DNA of 58,970 nucleotides from a virus (Duplodnaviria; Caudoviricetes), in the IMG/VR virus record IMGVR_UViG_3300037882_000913, positions 1 through 58,970 of that record. The stretch is one strand, 5' to 3'. Positions 1-7,970 of this stretch are shown here, piece by piece (positions within the stretch are counted from its first letter, which is position 1; every line of letters begins with the position of its first letter). The notes beneath the pieces were generated by a model. The model saw only the letters and a list, made by a program, of their open reading frames with translations, did no database searches and was not told the DNA's origin. Position numbers and translations under genes: made by a program.

Positions 1-99
1 CAGCACGCTGGTGCAGGGCAGCACGCTGGTGCAGGGCAGCACGCTGGTGCAGGGCAGCACGCTGGTGCAGGGCAGCACGCTGGTGCAGGGCAGCACGCT
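1..99. repeat. Perfect 18-bp tandem repeat CAGCACGCTGGTGCAGGG, 5.5 copies, running to the window edge
   Basis: Units at 1, 19, 37, 55, 73 and a partial unit at 91-99. Confidence 0.97.
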
Positions 100-167
100 C
101 CCGGTGTATGCGTTTTGCATCGTAAGTCCCTCAAAATGAGCACACGAAAAATAAATTGCGATTTGTT

Positions 168-196
168 TCGACAATTAGGGGCGGATAGCCCATTCT
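168..196 (+). promoter_or_regulatory. Putative host sigma70-type early promoter
   Basis: TCGACA(168-173)-N17-CATTCT(191-196), 7 nt before the GTG at 204, implying a leaderless transcript. Confidence 0.5.
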
Positions 197-203
197 CCTA
201 ATC

Positions 204-467
204 GTGAACACTAACTCTAATCAAATCGCCGTTTCCACTCTTACTAAAGCTAATTGCGCTTTAGAGGAATCTTACTACACAGCCTTTTTTCGTGAATTTG
301 GTATTGAACCTAATTGCTTGCCAATGGAATACCGTTGGCTTTCCTATCCGCCCGCGCACGCTCTTATTTCCGCTCTAAACGGTTATGATATTGTCGAATT
401 CCCACACTCTCAAAAGTGCGTCATTCGCGGCGTCCTTTCTCAACTTCGCGAAAAGGGGCTTATCTAA
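204..467 (+). CDS. Hypothetical early protein
   Basis: 87-aa ORF directly after a promoter-like sequence. Confidence 0.65.
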   Translation: MNTNSNQIAVSTLTKANCALEESYYTAFFREFGIEPNCLPMEYRWLSYPPAHALISALNGYDIVEFPHSQKCVIRGVLSQLREKGLI

Positions 468-499
468 CTCTCAAAACTAAGAATCAACCACTCTCATAT

Positions 500-778
500 A
501 TGACATACTACCTTCAAATCACTATCAGCCACCCAGTCACAGAGAACGACGTTCTCGCAAATGTGATAGTCCACTATCAACCTTGCGAGCGTGCAGGGCG
601 GGATTATCCGGGATGCAATGCGACTCTCGAAATTGAGAGTGTCACGGATGCGATTACGGGGAAAGCCATTCTCATTGATGAGAATGTGACTAGCGAGATT
701 GAGAATGCAGTCGAGGAACGTGTCGAAAGTGAGAAAGTGGAGCGGGCAATCGACAGATATGAGAGTATGCGTGACTGA
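500..778 (+). CDS. Hypothetical acidic early protein
   Basis: In-frame ATG at 500 preferred over 416, which overlaps the upstream gene; followed by a terminator. Confidence 0.7.
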   Translation: MTYYLQITISHPVTENDVLANVIVHYQPCERAGRDYPGCNATLEIESVTDAITGKAILIDENVTSEIENAVEERVESEKVERAIDRYESMRD

Positions 779-805
779 CGTTCTCATAAGTGAGACTCAC
801 AGCGC

Positions 806-841
806 GGGCCGCTCTCAGGGATGAGAGCGGCCCTCTTTTTT
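806..841 (+). terminator. Rho-independent terminator
   Basis: GGGCCGCTCTCA-GGGA-TGAGAGCGGCCC 12-bp stem followed by TCTTTTTT. Confidence 0.9.
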
Positions 842-981
842 GTGCGAAAGTATCTCACAAGTGATATAGCAGATATGAGAGAGGGGGCTGGGCACAATAA
901 TCAAAAGTGAGAATTCTCATTTTTGCGAAAAAAGGCGGGGCGGGGGCATAATCATTCAATTCCCAATTTTTAAAGCAAATA

Positions 982-1249
982 GTTTCAGAAATTAACGTAT
1001 TTTATTTCTATTAATCGTGGGTAGCGTTTCTTATCTATACTGGAGGGGAATATCCCTTTCTATAGAGACGCGGGCAAAATATACGACGCCCGTTGAAGCC
1101 AATACGGTTTCAGAAATTAACGCTTATTCTTTGATATTCTACGATGGAATAAACTTCTTATCGGTATGGATAGAAAATACCCTTCAACAGAGACGGAATC
1201 TCTAAATTTATCAGGGGCAATTCAATACTTATAGTTTTAGAAATTAACT
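982..1249. repeat. Three copies of GTTTYAGAAATTAAC at 125-127-bp spacing; further copies at 1604, 1913 and 3012
   Basis: Copies start at 982, 1107 and 1234; the intervening segments are non-coding and share blocks with each other. Confidence 0.85.
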
Positions 1250-1600
1250 ATTAAGCGCTTCATATCTAGCGTGATTAACATCATCAAGAATGAATGAGAA
1301 GTCTAAGCAACACTCTCCAAAGCCAACCCCAATCGAATATGCAATGCGTCTGTCTCCCTTCTTTTCAGCGACTCCGAGAACCTGAATCGCGAAAGTCTCC
1401 GTAATTTCATCTAGAACGAGTTCGGGAGGCGAGGTTTGGGAGGCCCAAGGAACGGCAATTAGGTCAAAATCACGAGCAAGCGAGCCGTGAGCAGCAAGAG
1501 CATATCCATGACTAATGCAAATGGCGGCCAAATCTGGGTATAATGCCGCCGCATAGATTGGAGAGTAGTTTGGTTTTATTTGGGCGGGCGTTTTAGGCAT
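1244..1600 (-). CDS. Phage protein with nucleotidyltransferase-like GS..D.D motif
   Basis: GYALAAHGSLARDFDLIAVPW. Confidence 0.6.
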   Translation of the reverse strand: MPKTPAQIKPNYSPIYAAALYPDLAAICISHGYALAAHGSLARDFDLIAVPWASQTSPPELVLDEITETFAIQVLGVAEKKGDRRIAYSIGVGFGECCLDFSFILDDVNHARYEALNS

Positions 1601-1621
1601 AAAGTTTTAGAAACTAACGCG

Positions 1622-1909
1622 CTACTCCCCATAATACTGCCACAAAACTGCATTACAATAGCAGTGGACCGCGCCGATAGTCAAACCTGTCTCGTGGCTA
1701 TGATGTAGGTGAACTGGCCACTGAAAAAAGTTCTTTGGGAATAACGATTTATTAATAGGAAGGGCGGCCACCTTCTCTTCTGGACCTCCTAATAGCGGGC
1801 TTTCACAATGAGCGCATAGGCCATCTTGAAGTCGCATATATTCATTTCGGGCGGCCCGCCTTTCTTGCCACGTTAATAGATTGTAGTTGGCGGGAAGTTT
1901 CATTGCCAT
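1622..1909 (-). CDS. Endonuclease VII-like / HNH-type nuclease
   Basis: QDGLCAHC ... HLHHSHETG ... HCYCN resembles the T4 Endo VII family pattern. Confidence 0.7.
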   Translation of the reverse strand: MAMKLPANYNLLTWQERRAARNEYMRLQDGLCAHCESPLLGGPEEKVAALPINKSLFPKNFFQWPVHLHHSHETGLTIGAVHCYCNAVLWQYYGE

Positions 1910-1915
1910 AGAGTT

Positions 1916-2137
1916 TTAGAAATCTCGAATAATACTGTTCTCAGTCGCCCCTCTTAGTTTTCCAACTATAATCGGGTGACAATACAGCGACCCATTCATC
2001 AAGTAGGCAGTGGGCAGTGGGCATTCTTTCCAGTTCTCGCGGCGAGCGGCCCATTTCTTGCGAATGCGGCGCTTTTTGGTGCGTGGAACTCGAAATTGGA
2101 GGCGGGTTACATATAGGGCGGATTCAAAAATATTCAT
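1916..2137 (-). CDS. Small basic hypothetical protein
   Basis: 73 aa; RTKKRRIRKKW. Confidence 0.6.
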   Translation of the reverse strand: MNIFESALYVTRLQFRVPRTKKRRIRKKWAARRENWKECPLPTAYLMNGSLYCHPIIVGKLRGATENSIIRDF

Positions 2138-2250
2138 TGGCGGGCGTTATTAAATCGGCAAAGAGTATGATTAGTCCGCGCTCCATAAACTATTGTTTGG
2201 CCGCAATATTCGCAAGTGGGCCTATCCCAAGATTCGTCGTGAATGCTCAT
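2134..2250 (-). CDS. 38-aa Cys/His micro-protein, not in the ORF track
   Basis: MSIHDESWDRPTCEYCGQTIVYGARTNHTLCRFNNARQ; fills the gap exactly, with ATGA overlaps to both neighbours. Confidence 0.65.
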   Translation of the reverse strand: MSIHDESWDRPTCEYCGQTIVYGARTNHTLCRFNNARQ

Positions 2251-2960
2251 ACAGCGATTTCCACACAATTAAAATCGTGGCCAGATTGAAGTTCCGGTTT
2301 CCCATCAACTGAAACTCCCAGTAAAACGTGGAAATCAGTGGAATCTACATGGCAAGAGTGGGAATAGCCGCCGACTTTCATATACGCTTTTTTACTTTCA
2401 CCAAAGGTAAAGAATTGAGCCCCCGCTGGCACTATATATCCAAACTTCTGAAAGTTATCTTTTAAGTTTTGAATCTTATCTTTATGCGATACTTGCTTTT
2501 CAAAATGTTCGCGAAGCTCCCGAATCTGAGCGCGGGCCGCTTTTAGTACTGGAAAGTCTCCTTCTCGTTGAGGACTCTCAAAAACATTTCCAATTACCTT
2601 TAAGTTAGTTCCATACATTAAAAGCTGATGCGGGTTTTTGCCACCATCCAAACTATACCAGAACGCGCCGTCTTTGAAAATTACTAGGGCTTTTTCGTGA
2701 TGTCCGTCTTTTAAGGAGTCCCCTAGATATTCATCGCAGGAGATAATGTCGCTCTCATAGATTTCGCGACCTAAACTATCTTTTAACCCCGTATATTCTT
2801 GAAATACGTAATCAGAATAATTAGCGCAATATTGTCCAAAGCCCGCGTAGTATTTGGCCCAGTCGAGATGAGAGAATGCAATTAGGTCGTCTTTCCCGTG
2901 AGTCAGAAAGCAGGAAGTTTTGCGGTTATAAACTCTAAATTTTAGCTCTCTATTTCCCAT
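2247..2960 (-). CDS. YopX-family protein with C-terminal extension
   Basis: RELKFRVY, QEYTGLKDSLGREIYESDI and VIGNVFE motifs. Confidence 0.85.
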   Translation of the reverse strand: MGNRELKFRVYNRKTSCFLTHGKDDLIAFSHLDWAKYYAGFGQYCANYSDYVFQEYTGLKDSLGREIYESDIISCDEYLGDSLKDGHHEKALVIFKDGAFWYSLDGGKNPHQLLMYGTNLKVIGNVFESPQREGDFPVLKAARAQIRELREHFEKQVSHKDKIQNLKDNFQKFGYIVPAGAQFFTFGESKKAYMKVGGYSHSCHVDSTDFHVLLGVSVDGKPELQSGHDFNCVEIAV

Positions 2961-3050
2961 ATCCCCAAGATACTATCGCGTTTTCGCCGCCCGTCAACTT
3001 CTTTTAAGAAACTTTTAGAAATTAACACTCTTCCGGTGTAAAAAAGCAAG

Positions 3051-3302
3051 ATGGAAGTTTCAACAAAAGAATGCACTCGCTGTAAGCGCACGCTCGCGAA
3101 TACCGAGTTTCGTAAGCAGTCCAAGAACAAAGATGGATTACAATACGTCTGTCGCTCTTGCTCCTCAATTAAATCAGCTTCCCACTATAGCGAGAACAAA
3201 GAGGCTCGCAAGGAGCAAGTGGCTGCCAATCGTGCTGAGTCCCCAGAGCAATATCGCGAGTATATGCGACGCTATATGAAGGAAAGGAGGTCTGTCGAGT
3301 GA
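3051..3302 (+). CDS. Zinc-finger protein of the type found N-terminal to HNH endonucleases; no nuclease domain
   Basis: KECTRC...KDGLQYVCRSC then a basic helix; GTGTA motif at 3036. Confidence 0.75.
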   Translation: MEVSTKECTRCKRTLANTEFRKQSKNKDGLQYVCRSCSSIKSASHYSENKEARKEQVAANRAESPEQYREYMRRYMKERRSVE

Positions 3303-3793
3303 GAAGGAAGACCCGCAAGTATAAAAAGAGAAAGGGCGAGCCGCTTCACCCAAACGACCTAGAACTAACTAAGAAGTGCGATGGGTGCCAGAGGGAGTTG
3401 GGCCTTGATAAATTTTATCACGGGAAAACTAATAAGTTCGGCAGACGCCAACACTGTATCTCTTGTTACATCATGGACGTTCTTTATAGATACCAACTAG
3501 CTCCACAGAAAGTCATTTTTCGCAAAAGGGCGTGGCAAAAGAAGTTCAAGAAAAGAAAGAACAAGACGAATCGTGAGTATTACTCGCGAAACAGGGAGGA
3601 GATTAGTAAGAAGGAACTTGCCCGCTATCACAGGAAAAGGGCGGATAAATTAGCTCAAAATATTCATCTGAAAGGTCAATGTATTCAGAATACGGCTCAG
3701 TCTCAAAGTCTGGGAGTTGAAAGCCCGCCTGTTCAAATCTTGGAATTGTCTGCGGTTCTAGAATGTCATTTTCTTCTGTCATGTTTATTATAA
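3299..3793 (+). CDS. Second, very basic zinc-finger protein similar to the previous gene
   Basis: KKCDGC...GRRQHCISC; the C-terminal part overlaps an antisense ORF. Confidence 0.65.
   Translation: MRRKTRKYKKRKGEPLHPNDLELTKKCDGCQRELGLDKFYHGKTNKFGRRQHCISCYIMDVLYRYQLAPQKVIFRKRAWQKKFKKRKNKTNREYYSRNREEISKKELARYHRKRADKLAQNIHLKGQCIQNTAQSQSLGVESPPVQILELSAVLECHFLLSCLL
3603..3782 (-). CDS. 59-aa highly acidic protein, not in the ORF track
   Basis: MTEENDILEPQ...SGQVPSY; GTGTAA motif on the minus strand at 3813-3808. Confidence 0.5.
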   Translation of the reverse strand: MTEENDILEPQTIPRFEQAGFQLPDFETEPYSEYIDLSDEYFELIYPPFSCDSGQVPSY

Positions 3794-3875
3794 TGTATGG
3801 GTCATATTTACACAGTTTGAAAGATTTGTCAAATTAAATGTTGTAGCGGCGCGGGTTTTGGGGTAATAATAAGTG

Positions 3876-4649
3876 ATGTCGAAAAAAACAAAGGCAAGCG
3901 GCGGTGGGGCGGTTGATAACAGTCCCAAGGTTCACCAGAAAAAGAAGATTGATGTGGAATTGCATATCAAAGAATTTAAATGGACGGCAAGACAACAAGC
4001 TATTATTGACGCAGCGTTAAGCAGGGATACTAGACTAACGTTTATTGATGGAATCTGGGGCTCTGGTAAAACATTGATTTCGCTTTATATTTGCTTACAT
4101 CTTCTTAAGCAAAAGAAGATTTCAAATATCTTATACATTAGAAATGCTGTTCAATCTGGCTCTGGAACGCTCGGCTGGCTTCCCGGCTCTCTTGAGGAGC
4201 GCTTTGGTCCCTACGCGACCCCGCTGCTCCAGAAACTAGAAGAGCTTCTTCCTAAATCCGAGGCTGAATTCCTAGTTAAAAACGGAATCGTAGAAACAAT
4301 GCCCGCATGTTTGATTCGCGGGACCAGCTATAACGCTTATGGTATGATTATTGATGAAATCGGTTGTATGACCAAGGAGGACATTATGCTTGTTCTTAGT
4401 CGTGCTGGAGAATTTACTCATGTTTTCGGGGTTGGCGACTCGCATCAGGTTGACGTTCGAGATTCTGGGTTCCGACATATTTTTAATATCTTCGATGATG
4501 AAGAGTCCAGAGAAAATGGGGTATTCGCATTTGAACTCCAAGAAGAAATGGATATTATGCGCTCTAAACTCCTAAAATTCGTGATGGGAAAGATTAGGCA
4601 CGCGGACAAGCAAAAGGAACTTGACGGAGTTTGGCAACCAAAAAGATAA
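3876..4649 (+). CDS. phoH: PhoH-family ATPase
   Basis: GIWGSGKT Walker A, LGWLPGSLEERFGPY, IRGTS...IIDE, GDSHQVD. Confidence 0.92.
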   Translation: MSKKTKASGGGAVDNSPKVHQKKKIDVELHIKEFKWTARQQAIIDAALSRDTRLTFIDGIWGSGKTLISLYICLHLLKQKKISNILYIRNAVQSGSGTLGWLPGSLEERFGPYATPLLQKLEELLPKSEAEFLVKNGIVETMPACLIRGTSYNAYGMIIDEIGCMTKEDIMLVLSRAGEFTHVFGVGDSHQVDVRDSGFRHIFNIFDDEESRENGVFAFELQEEMDIMRSKLLKFVMGKIRHADKQKELDGVWQPKR

Positions 4650-4694
4650 GTATTTCATTGGGATTCTAGTGTAAAGAAGGGAAACTAGCCGCGC

Positions 4695-6206
4695 ATGTCT
4701 TTCGCTTTCCGCAACATAATCCTCAACCAATCCACCCTATCCCAAAGCGGCGGCAGACTATCTATTGGGGGCGTTCCTTTGGCCTTCTTATCAGAGGCGG
4801 CTGGCGGGGTTACGGGGCTCACCGTGGAGTCTGGAGACGCTAGATATGTTGGTTTAACGGGGAATCAAACGGTAAGCGGAAACAAAACTTTCCTGAGCGG
4901 CCTTTCTTGTCAAGTAGACGGAGTCGAAGTCTATAATTCCAGCAACGGCTCTTTCTACGATGCCGGTGGAACTCCGTCTTGCGATGTGTATAATCGCGTT
5001 CTTTCTACTGCGGACGTATGGAAAATTGCAGACGCTTCGGAACAATACATATATACGTCGATTGGTCACGACGGAAGAATTACAAAAGATACGTCCTCTA
5101 TTAGCGTCGGGGATGGTAATGCGTCTATTAACGAAGTCGTAAAGATAGATTGGGGTGATGGCATCCTTTACGGAAACACTGGAGATTACGCTGTAGACTG
5201 GGTAGGTGGATGGCTTTATGCAGCAGGTTCTAAACAATCTTTAAACTGGCAGTCTAGGATACTTTGGGACGAATCCGAGCTTATTTGTCTTGACTGGGGA
5301 GTTAGAACTCTTTACGATGATGACACTCAAACATCTCTAGAGTGGGACTCTCGTAAACTATCTTCGGTGACGGGGGCGTTTAACGAGATAGATGTCACTC
5401 TTGATTGGCAGAATAAGATTCTCTCTGGGCACTGGAATACAAATACCGTCCCATCCTCACCCGGTCACATAATCAACAAAGGATATTTAGACTCCCACAC
5501 CGGCCTAGTAAAAACCACCGGGGCTCAAACAATTAGCGGCGCGAAAACTTTTAAAAGCGTAGCGGCTTTTGATGAGGCGGTAACTTGCATCAAAGGACTT
5601 TACGGATACGATGCAATAGGAGCCTACTCCTTAGACACCGTAAATAGGTATTTACAAGATTCTTCTGACGCTCCTACTGTTGACTGGGAATCAAGAGCCC
5701 TAACTTATATCTGGGACCATAGCGCGACTCCAACTGGAGCTTCTAATATAGCAAATAAAGGCTATGTAGATTCCGTAGTGGGAGCCTCTTCTGGGGTATT
5801 TACTCTTCCCTTCGGGCACTCAGTTCAATCTACCATCTCCGACTCAACTAGTTATTATTTTGGAGGATGCTCCGATATGCCCCTGCAAACTACGGCGGCC
5901 AATTCATCCGTTGTGGTTAATCCTCAGTCTGGAGTTCTCCGTAAGGTTATTGGTAATGCTAATGTAGCAGGAACGCTAGGAAGCTCAGAAACAGTTAGCT
6001 TAATCGTTTATCTAAATGACTCTCCAATAGCTACCGGCTCATATCAAATGACAGGAAAGAACAACACCATAGTTTCTGGACTAAGCGGCATCAACAGAAA
6101 TATTTCCTATTTGGATAGAATTTATTTAGGAACGGTCACTCCCGCGTGGGGGACTAATCCTGCGTCTATTCGACAAAGCGCCGTTGCCTACGTTAGTCTG
6201 GGTTAA
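4695..6206 (+). CDS. Fibre-like virion protein with (D/N)W..R.L repeats
   Basis: Repeated SLNWQSRIL / LDWGVRTL / LEWDSRKL units; QT(V/I)SG.KTF and NKGY.D fibre motifs. Confidence 0.7.
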   Translation: MSFAFRNIILNQSTLSQSGGRLSIGGVPLAFLSEAAGGVTGLTVESGDARYVGLTGNQTVSGNKTFLSGLSCQVDGVEVYNSSNGSFYDAGGTPSCDVYNRVLSTADVWKIADASEQYIYTSIGHDGRITKDTSSISVGDGNASINEVVKIDWGDGILYGNTGDYAVDWVGGWLYAAGSKQSLNWQSRILWDESELICLDWGVRTLYDDDTQTSLEWDSRKLSSVTGAFNEIDVTLDWQNKILSGHWNTNTVPSSPGHIINKGYLDSHTGLVKTTGAQTISGAKTFKSVAAFDEAVTCIKGLYGYDAIGAYSLDTVNRYLQDSSDAPTVDWESRALTYIWDHSATPTGASNIANKGYVDSVVGASSGVFTLPFGHSVQSTISDSTSYYFGGCSDMPLQTTAANSSVVVNPQSGVLRKVIGNANVAGTLGSSETVSLIVYLNDSPIATGSYQMTGKNNTIVSGLSGINRNISYLDRIYLGTVTPAWGTNPASIRQSAVAYVSLG

Positions 6207-6498
6207 TAACACCGCATTGCTTTAGGACTCCAAAAATGTCTCCCGACATTGTTTCTATACAATGCTCATCCAAGTTCCAAGCTTCCGCGTGCGAAACTTC
6301 ATGGATAATAGTCTTAATAATTGCGTTTCTACTAAAGTCCGGGTTGATATAAATTATCCTCTTAGAGTCTTCTAAGTCTGGATTCGCGCATAACCCTCTG
6401 TTATCTTTCATCTTCCTCCAGCGGAATTGATATTTCTTGCCATTTAAGACATAATCTTTCGGTAACACGATGCCTTTAACTTTTTTAATTTTCTCCAT
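6193..6498 (-). CDS. Small HExxH zincin-like protein
   Basis: IYINP...TIIHEVSHA...DE; GTGTAA motif on the minus strand at 6534-6529. Confidence 0.7.
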   Translation of the reverse strand: MEKIKKVKGIVLPKDYVLNGKKYQFRWRKMKDNRGLCANPDLEDSKRIIYINPDFSRNAIIKTIIHEVSHAEAWNLDEHCIETMSGDIFGVLKQCGVINPD

Positions 6499-6826
6499 AT
6501 CAATAGGGTTCCTAGTATTTCTTTTAAATTACACTGACTTTATCGCAGAGTATGGGAAAGTTGCTTGTCGGTTTTTTTCGTTGCGAGAATACGAAAAATG
6601 GAAAGCCGATGGAGGAACGGGCTATCCTACATTTATCAGAGAAAAGTATAACAATTTCTGGGGCCGTATGTTCGGCTGCCCATACTGTTTGGTTACTTTC
6701 TCTAACCTAATCTTACAGAGTTTATTTACGTCGCCGCTGCTATTCCTAGTGGGGGCGTTCGTCTCGACGCTAGTATGGGGAATCTGCACACTGTTATATT
6801 TCGCTGTGAATAAAAATTACAATTAG
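6470..6826 (+). CDS. Membrane protein with CPYC motif (DUF1360-like)
   Basis: Hydrophobic segments flanking FGCPYCL. Confidence 0.6.
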   Translation: MPLTFLIFSISIGFLVFLLNYTDFIAEYGKVACRFFSLREYEKWKADGGTGYPTFIREKYNNFWGRMFGCPYCLVTFSNLILQSLFTSPLLFLVGAFVSTLVWGICTLLYFAVNKNYN

Positions 6827-6875
6827 TTGAAGTTTTTAGTGTAATCTGACATAATTAAGTGTATCCACTTTTCTC

Positions 6876-7313
6876 ATGTCAAACAGAATCTATCACGAAT
6901 CCTGCGGTCAACCCACCGAATACAACCTAGTAAAACCTAAATTTTGTGCTTCTTGCGGAGGCGCTTTTGATAGCACCGTCACCAAAGCAACAGCCGTCGC
7001 GTCTCGCCCGCCCGCTAGGAGAGCCCCAGTAGTAGAAAGATACGATGATGACGATGACGACGATTATCGTAATGATGATTTTGTAGCACCGAGGAAACTA
7101 GAGTTAGAAATTGAGCCTGAGCACGGGGACAAACTAAATAGAGTCTCGCTAGCTTCGATTGCGAATCAGAGGGTTGAGCCGGGAAGCGCTTTAGCGGGTG
7201 TGGCTAGGACCGCAGTTAAAATGAACAAGAAGCAAGTAAAGGCCCGATACCAAGAACTTTACTCCAAACTCAATTCCAAAGACCCAATTCGCTATAGTGG
7301 CGAAACCGAATAA
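6876..7313 (+). CDS. Zinc-ribbon protein with acidic tract
   Basis: HESCG...FCASCG; DDDDDDD. Confidence 0.75.
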   Translation: MSNRIYHESCGQPTEYNLVKPKFCASCGGAFDSTVTKATAVASRPPARRAPVVERYDDDDDDDYRNDDFVAPRKLELEIEPEHGDKLNRVSLASIANQRVEPGSALAGVARTAVKMNKKQVKARYQELYSKLNSKDPIRYSGETE

Positions 7314-7969
7314 TGGCCGACCACAAAACATTTGATGAGCTTTACCCCCGTATCGAGAAAGTCGTAGAGGGGTTTCGCGGCAAGTGGAAGTTTAAAGCCA
7401 GTGTCGAATCTGACTTTGACGATATTAAAAGTGAAATTCTAGTTCACATTTGGAAAAAGTGGCACCTATACAATCAGGAGCTACAAGTAGAGGGTTGGGC
7501 GGCCACTATTACTAAGAATCAATTTAATAATAAGCTGCGGGACATTTACCTCAAAACAAGCTCCCCGTGCGGAAGGTGCGCTTCTAATATCGGTGGCGAG
7601 TTATGTTCTCAATTCGGAATGCAGGGAGTAGAGTGCCCGCTTTACAAAAAGTGGTATAACAAGAAAAGATACTCGCACGAAGCTAAGATGCCGCTCGCTT
7701 TAGAGCTTCATATTAACGAGGTAGAGAATAGTCGCTGTATCTATTTTGATTATGATGGTAACGCGCAGAAGCTACATAAGCTTATGGAAGGCGAGCTAAC
7801 AGAGCGTGACTACAAGATATATGTGGGCCTTTTCGTAATGAATAAAGAGGAGCAAGAAGTTTCGGACGAATGCCACTTCAATCCTGATTCTGGAATCAAG
7901 AGAATCAGGCAGATAAAAGCAATGATTATAGATAAGGCCCGCAAGGTCATTGCCAGAGAGGAACTTTAA
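7313..7969 (+). CDS. Phage sigma70/ECF-like sigma factor with a Cys-rich insertion
   Basis: Region 2-like FDDIKSEILVHIWKK...WAATITKNQFNNKLRD; region 4-like LTERDYKIY...EVS...IRQIK; CGRC..C..C between them. Confidence 0.75.
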   Translation: MADHKTFDELYPRIEKVVEGFRGKWKFKASVESDFDDIKSEILVHIWKKWHLYNQELQVEGWAATITKNQFNNKLRDIYLKTSSPCGRCASNIGGELCSQFGMQGVECPLYKKWYNKKRYSHEAKMPLALELHINEVENSRCIYFDYDGNAQKLHKLMEGELTERDYKIYVGLFVMNKEEQEVSDECHFNPDSGIKRIRQIKAMIIDKARKVIAREEL

Positions 7970-7970
7970 A

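Noticed and set aside
1-99. CRISPR array
   Set aside because: Head-to-tail repeats with no spacers
1017-1205. 62-aa plus-strand ORF
   Set aside because: It lies downstream of a terminator, crosses the repeat units and has no start context; more likely non-coding
982-1249. CRISPR mini-array (the repeat begins GTTTYAGA, like type II repeats)
   Set aside because: The repeat is only 15-16 bp, spacers are ~110 bp and resemble each other, further copies flank whole genes, and no cas genes are present
1234-1927. Integron attC sites
   Set aside because: No GTTRRRY/RYYYAAC pair with a long imperfect palindrome, and no integron integrase in the window
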